From the NCBI GenBank assembly GCA_965200875.1, contig OZ241456.1, positions 1,184,001 through 1,248,000 on the forward strand: 64,000 nucleotides of DNA, written 5' to 3'. Made by a program: the position numbers and the translations under genes. The DNA is from Bdellovibrionales bacterium. Lineage in GTDB: Bacteria; Bdellovibrionota; Bdellovibrionia; Bdellovibrionales; UBA1609. A model generated the notes under the pieces. It did not search any database and was not told where the DNA came from. It saw only the letters and a program-made list of their open reading frames with translations. Below are positions 60,285 to 64,000 of this stretch, piece after piece; position 1 is the stretch's first letter, and the number at the start of each line of letters is the position of its first letter.

Positions 60285-60902
60285 TTAAAAATCATCCAAT
60301 TTGGCACTGAAAATAGACTCATCTTTTTCCACAAAAATATTCATTTCTCTGGTAACCAGTTCAAAATTTTTTTCGGTTTTTAGATCTTTTAACATACAGT
60401 GTAAAGCTTCTGCTCCAAAAAGATGAATCAATTGTTGAATGGTATTGGACAAATGATTTTCTTTCAACAACTTTTTCTTTTTCCTGAGATATTGCCAGAA
60501 AGCCAAATAATGATATCTGCAATATATATCCGTTACCGCAAGCTGGTCACAGTTTTCTTCATTACAGTAACGATTGCCTTCCACATCTGTAAAGATTTCT
60601 TCTTGATTTTTTTGGTTTAAGTTTTCCAATTCTTTTTTTAATTCCAGTATTTTTCGTTTTTCTGCAGTTTGCGGAATTAATTTTTTTTCTGTTTTTTTTG
60701 CAGGAATTTTTTTTAGTGCCAAAGAATTTTTCTGTTTTTGACCATCCTGCTTAATTGTCAATTCTCCTGTGACTTTGGTAGAGGTTTTGACAGATTTAAC
60801 AGGCTTTTCAGACTTAGAGGATTGACCAGCTTTGGAAATATTTTTTAATTTTTTTGTTCCCGTGTCTGCACGCACCATTTTTTTCTTTTTTTTGACTGTC
60901 AT
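60285..60902 (-). CDS. hypothetical Lys-rich protein with Cys/His cluster
   Basis: CNEENC...YCRYHY; start MTVKKK after a GGAG RBS. Confidence 0.7.
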   Translation of the reverse strand: MTVKKKKKMVRADTGTKKLKNISKAGQSSKSEKPVKSVKTSTKVTGELTIKQDGQKQKNSLALKKIPAKKTEKKLIPQTAEKRKILELKKELENLNQKNQEEIFTDVEGNRYCNEENCDQLAVTDIYCRYHYLAFWQYLRKKKKLLKENHLSNTIQQLIHLFGAEALHCMLKDLKTEKNFELVTREMNIFVEKDESIFSAKLDDF

Positions 60903-61124
60903 AGTTATTCTCCATTTTCTTTGAATAATGCACTCAAAGTTCACTACACTGTCCAGTGGTCCGGGATAAAGCTGATAACACATTATTATCACTTGATTTT
61001 TTTATAATTTATTTGGAAAATAATTGCAAGGTTTTACAATCAAACCTTTTGTTTTCTTGCAACATTTGTCAGTAAAAAAGCTTCTTTACCAATACTCGAC
61101 CTTGAGGCGAGACAGAAAAGTGAG

Positions 61125-62141
61125 TCAGTAAATTTTAATAGAACCGGAATGGCTTTTCAAGGACACATTTCCTTTTCTTTTTCCACCCCGCATTTGGCCT
61201 TTCGCGCGATCCATGCCACCAGTTTTAATACGATTAAAATACACTGGTGTAAAAAGTTTTCCTTCCCATGTTTCCGCAGTAACCCAAGCTTTTGAATGAG
61301 GAATATTTAAGTGAATTTTCCCAAAATCCGTTTCAATATTCACTTCATTAGGATATATAAGCCCTCTCACCTCTCCTTCTCTGGAATAACCAAAAACAGA
61401 ACCAATCATGGGTTTTAAATAGATTCCCCCTTTTTCCTGCTGAAAATTCAGCCGACCAGTGAAGTGATTTAAAACAAGAGGAGCACGAAAGGACCTCACA
61501 GATAAATGTCCCTTTGATTTGCCAATGACCATTTGACCTTTAAAACTATTTAAATTCATTTCTTGGCCGGTACAGGATTCCAATGTAACATGAGAATTTT
61601 CTGCCTGCACTGTTATATTCCCTTTGTGGGAGGTAACTTTTATGTTTCCCGCGCCTTGGAAAACATTTAAATTACCATCTGTATTTTGTACATGAATGAA
61701 ACCTCTACCCGGCATGAACACAGACAAATTTGTTTTTCGAAATTGATTTATTGCCACTTTTCCTGCAAAAACAGCTATTTCCACTGAAAGATATGCTGGC
61801 ACCTGTATAGTCATTACAGGAGCTTTGCCGGAAACATTCCATGTTATTTTTTCATCAGGAAAATCCTTTTCAGAGATAACTAAAGTTTCTGATTCTTCTC
61901 TCATGTCCAAAGATGCGTTATAATGTGTTTCTATTTCTCTCTTTTTTTTCTTACTCTTTCGCTGAAACAAGCGAATATGCGCATAATGTGCTTGCACTCT
62001 GATATTGGTAATCTTGGCCGGTAATTTATATTTACGGGTAATAGTGCCCCTTTTCCTCGCAGAAGCATTAGGAACAAGAAAATCTGATATATTAAGAGCA
62101 ATCATTAAAAAAAAACAGAAAACCATGATGCAAAATAACAA
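61125..62141 (-). CDS. DUF4097-like beta-strand repeat (adhesin-like) protein
   Basis: Signal/TM N-terminus; repeated G.I.V strands; ends VSLKSHSGSIKIY. Confidence 0.7.
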   Translation of the reverse strand: MLFCIMVFCFFLMIALNISDFLVPNASARKRGTITRKYKLPAKITNIRVQAHYAHIRLFQRKSKKKKREIETHYNASLDMREESETLVISEKDFPDEKITWNVSGKAPVMTIQVPAYLSVEIAVFAGKVAINQFRKTNLSVFMPGRGFIHVQNTDGNLNVFQGAGNIKVTSHKGNITVQAENSHVTLESCTGQEMNLNSFKGQMVIGKSKGHLSVRSFRAPLVLNHFTGRLNFQQEKGGIYLKPMIGSVFGYSREGEVRGLIYPNEVNIETDFGKIHLNIPHSKAWVTAETWEGKLFTPVYFNRIKTGGMDRAKGQMRGGKRKGNVSLKSHSGSIKIY

Positions 62142-62150
62142 AGGATTTAT

Positions 62151-62372
62151 TTAATTAACAGCTTTTTTAAGAGAGTGTGTCATAATTAGCTGATCAAGTT
62201 TTGACTCTATCTTATCCATACGGTTTTCCATACGCTTTTCCATACGCGCTTGATTGTCCTTTACTGGTTGTATTTGCCAATTCATTATTACTGATTGCCC
62301 GGTAAATAAAGCCACCAAGCAAATAATCACAGTCGCTAAAGGCATTAAATTTTTTAATATTTCCATACTCAC
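62151..62372 (-). CDS. small TM plus coiled-coil hypothetical protein
   Basis: Hydrophobic helix followed by RMEKRMENRMDKIESKLDQL. Confidence 0.6.
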   Translation of the reverse strand: MSMEILKNLMPLATVIICLVALFTGQSVIMNWQIQPVKDNQARMEKRMENRMDKIESKLDQLIMTHSLKKAVN

Positions 62373-62610
62373 ATTATATCACAGTTCTTTTCCTGTTTCA
62401 AAAATAACCAAGAACCTTGATACCCATTTTGTCTTTAGTGTCTGAACTTTACACAGCTCTTTGTTTCACTTTGAAACACTTTTCATCACCAATCTCTAAA
62501 CACTTATCAATCAAATATAAAAATATACAACTATTTCAATCACTTGTAAAAACCTCTCCCCTTTTCTTGCACTTTATTTATACATAAACCAAAAAACAAA
62601 GGAGAAAAAA

Positions 62611-63321
62611 ATGAACTTAATAAATTGCCCAAACTGTGGAAACAAAATCAAAAAAACCGGAAACACTTTGCACTGTCAGTGTGGATGGCATAAATCCCTC
62701 AACCAAACAAAAGAAAGACAAATCCAAAATAAGATCGCAAAAAACATCTTTATCGCTGGACTCACTTTGATGGGTTTTGTGGTTTATGTTGGAAACTGGG
62801 GATCCGCTTCCCTGACCATTATGCCTCTTAAAGCCAGACAATGGACAGGAACACTCAATGAAAAGTCTTTTAAAAAACTGACTTCTCTTTGTCTTCAGCT
62901 TAAAAAATACAACTGCACGGAAAACGCGCACAGATCTTTTTTTCGCTCTTCAAACGATATGAAAATACTTGCAAAACTCGGAGAATTTCAATACCGCAGA
63001 AACAGACTGGAATCAGCCAGCAAAACTTACAAAGAGTATTTTACTAAAAAAGGTTCCAGTGTAAAGGCCGCTTACAATTACGCCCGTATTCTGGAAAAAC
63101 AAGGACAAGTAGAATTTGCTCTTTCTTACTACAAATATGCTTTAAACGCCCGCCCAAACACTGTGCAGATTACTGTTATGCGTGCTTACATTAATCTATT
63201 GGTGAAATCCGGCCAAGTGAATAAAGCCAGAAAGGAATTAGTAAAATTTAAACCTATCCTGAAAAGATCTGGTTCTTTGGTTCAGCAAGAGTACGAACGG
63301 TGGCAAAAACAAACCATTTAA
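62611..63321 (+). CDS. zinc-ribbon plus TM plus TPR-like protein
   Basis: CPNC...CQCG, TM segment, AYNYARILEKQG.VEFALSYYKYAL; AGGAG RBS. Confidence 0.75.
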   Translation: MNLINCPNCGNKIKKTGNTLHCQCGWHKSLNQTKERQIQNKIAKNIFIAGLTLMGFVVYVGNWGSASLTIMPLKARQWTGTLNEKSFKKLTSLCLQLKKYNCTENAHRSFFRSSNDMKILAKLGEFQYRRNRLESASKTYKEYFTKKGSSVKAAYNYARILEKQGQVEFALSYYKYALNARPNTVQITVMRAYINLLVKSGQVNKARKELVKFKPILKRSGSLVQQEYERWQKQTI

Positions 63322-63370
63322 TCGGTCGCTCTTAACAACTTAAAACCTACCACTCAACAACAACACCATT

Positions 63371-63400
63371 AAGCCTCTTCCCAAAAAGAAGAGGCTTTTT
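63371..63400 (+). terminator. intrinsic terminator
   Basis: AAGCCTCTTC-loop-GAAGAGGCTT-TTT. Confidence 0.8.
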
Positions 63401-63435
63401 TATTTGATTCCCTCTGATAGATTTTCATTCTCAGT

Positions 63436-63694
63436 GATATATAACCAACCCCCGGTTGCTTATGATTCCCTTAAAACGAAAAAGCCCGTCTGAGATTAAA
63501 ACAGGCTTCTTCTAACCAAAGAAAGTTATGAAAATTATAATGTAGAAGATTATCTGCCTCCTAGGCAGTAAAGTTTTTATTCATTTATTATGTTTTCTGA
63601 AGGATCGTCTTCAACAACAACAAAATACCTTACACCTAGTGAGTATAAAAAATACGCTACTAACCGATCAACTTTCGCACTGTAAAAATCCGCC
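63436..63694 (-). pseudogene. orphan 3' end of a pentapeptide cassette plus its terminator (inverted repeat arm B)
   Basis: ADFYSAKVDRLVAYFLYSLGVRYFVVVEDDPSENIINE followed by the same 3' UTR as cassette 4. Confidence 0.85.
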
Positions 63695-63716
63695 CATCTA
63701 ATACTCCATTTACTTA

Positions 63717-63860
63717 GTGGTCCGTGAAAAAGTATGTTATTTTCCTGGATTCCCATTTTCACGGGACTGAAAGCCAACAACTTGGCTTTCAGTTTCCTTG
63801 GGAAAGTACCTGAAAAAAGAGTGTGATAATTAAAGCACTATGGGTTTTTCACAGCGGGTT
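63717..63860. mobile_element. MITE-like repeat copy, inverted relative to the 25111 copy
   Basis: GTGGTCCGTGAAAAAGTATGTTATTTTCCTGGATTCCC...AAAAAAGAGTGTGATA...GCACTATGG.TTTTTCACAGCGG matches the reverse complement of 25111-25232, with an extra hairpin. Confidence 0.85.
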
Positions 63861-64000
63861 ATCTATTGTGCCAGTTAAAAAATCAAACTCATTTATAAAA
63901 AATCCCTGTTCATTATTCAGAAACTATGGTGTAAAAATGTGAAACAACATAACAAAGAGGAGGGTAACCTTATGACAAAACAACCAGTCAAAGTTCAAAA

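Noticed and set aside
63577..63780. 67-aa ORF as a real gene
   Set aside because: Chimera of MITE sequence read into the pentapeptide 3' remnant

Overview
AT-rich bacterial chromosomal window. The taxonomy is my inference only: gene content and the many lineage-specific secreted proteins suggest a Bdellovibrionota/Oligoflexia-like organism, possibly host-associated. 1-12 kb: S10-spc ribosomal protein operon ending in secY and a partial ppdK. It lacks rplX, has rpsN moved elsewhere, and carries long low-complexity extensions on L3, L29 and L15. 12-33.7 kb: tRNA-Arg(CCG), an SLT-like protein, rpsN, type II glutamine synthetase, an M16 peptidase pair, purA, plsC, an orphan type III Mod, serS and rimP-nusA-infB-rbfA. 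34-39 kb accessory patch: a tandem Rpn nuclease duplication with a sigma54 promoter, IS5-derived MITEs and a secreted ankyrin protein. 39.5-44 kb: zapA-ygfA-rny-tyrS-ferredoxin, where RNase Y has lost most HD metal ligands. 44-52 kb: a mirror-image duplicated two-gene module (probable outer-membrane barrel plus large exported EF-hand-like protein). 52.8-55.1 kb: a translationally coupled array of secreted pentapeptide-repeat cassettes with constant junctions and variable cores; an inverted orphan copy of its 3' end lies about 8 kb away. 56-64 kb: guaB, miaB and hypotheticals. The best candidates for undescribed systems are the pentapeptide cassette array, the mirror barrel/cargo module and the pseudo-RNase Y. 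No database searches were run.
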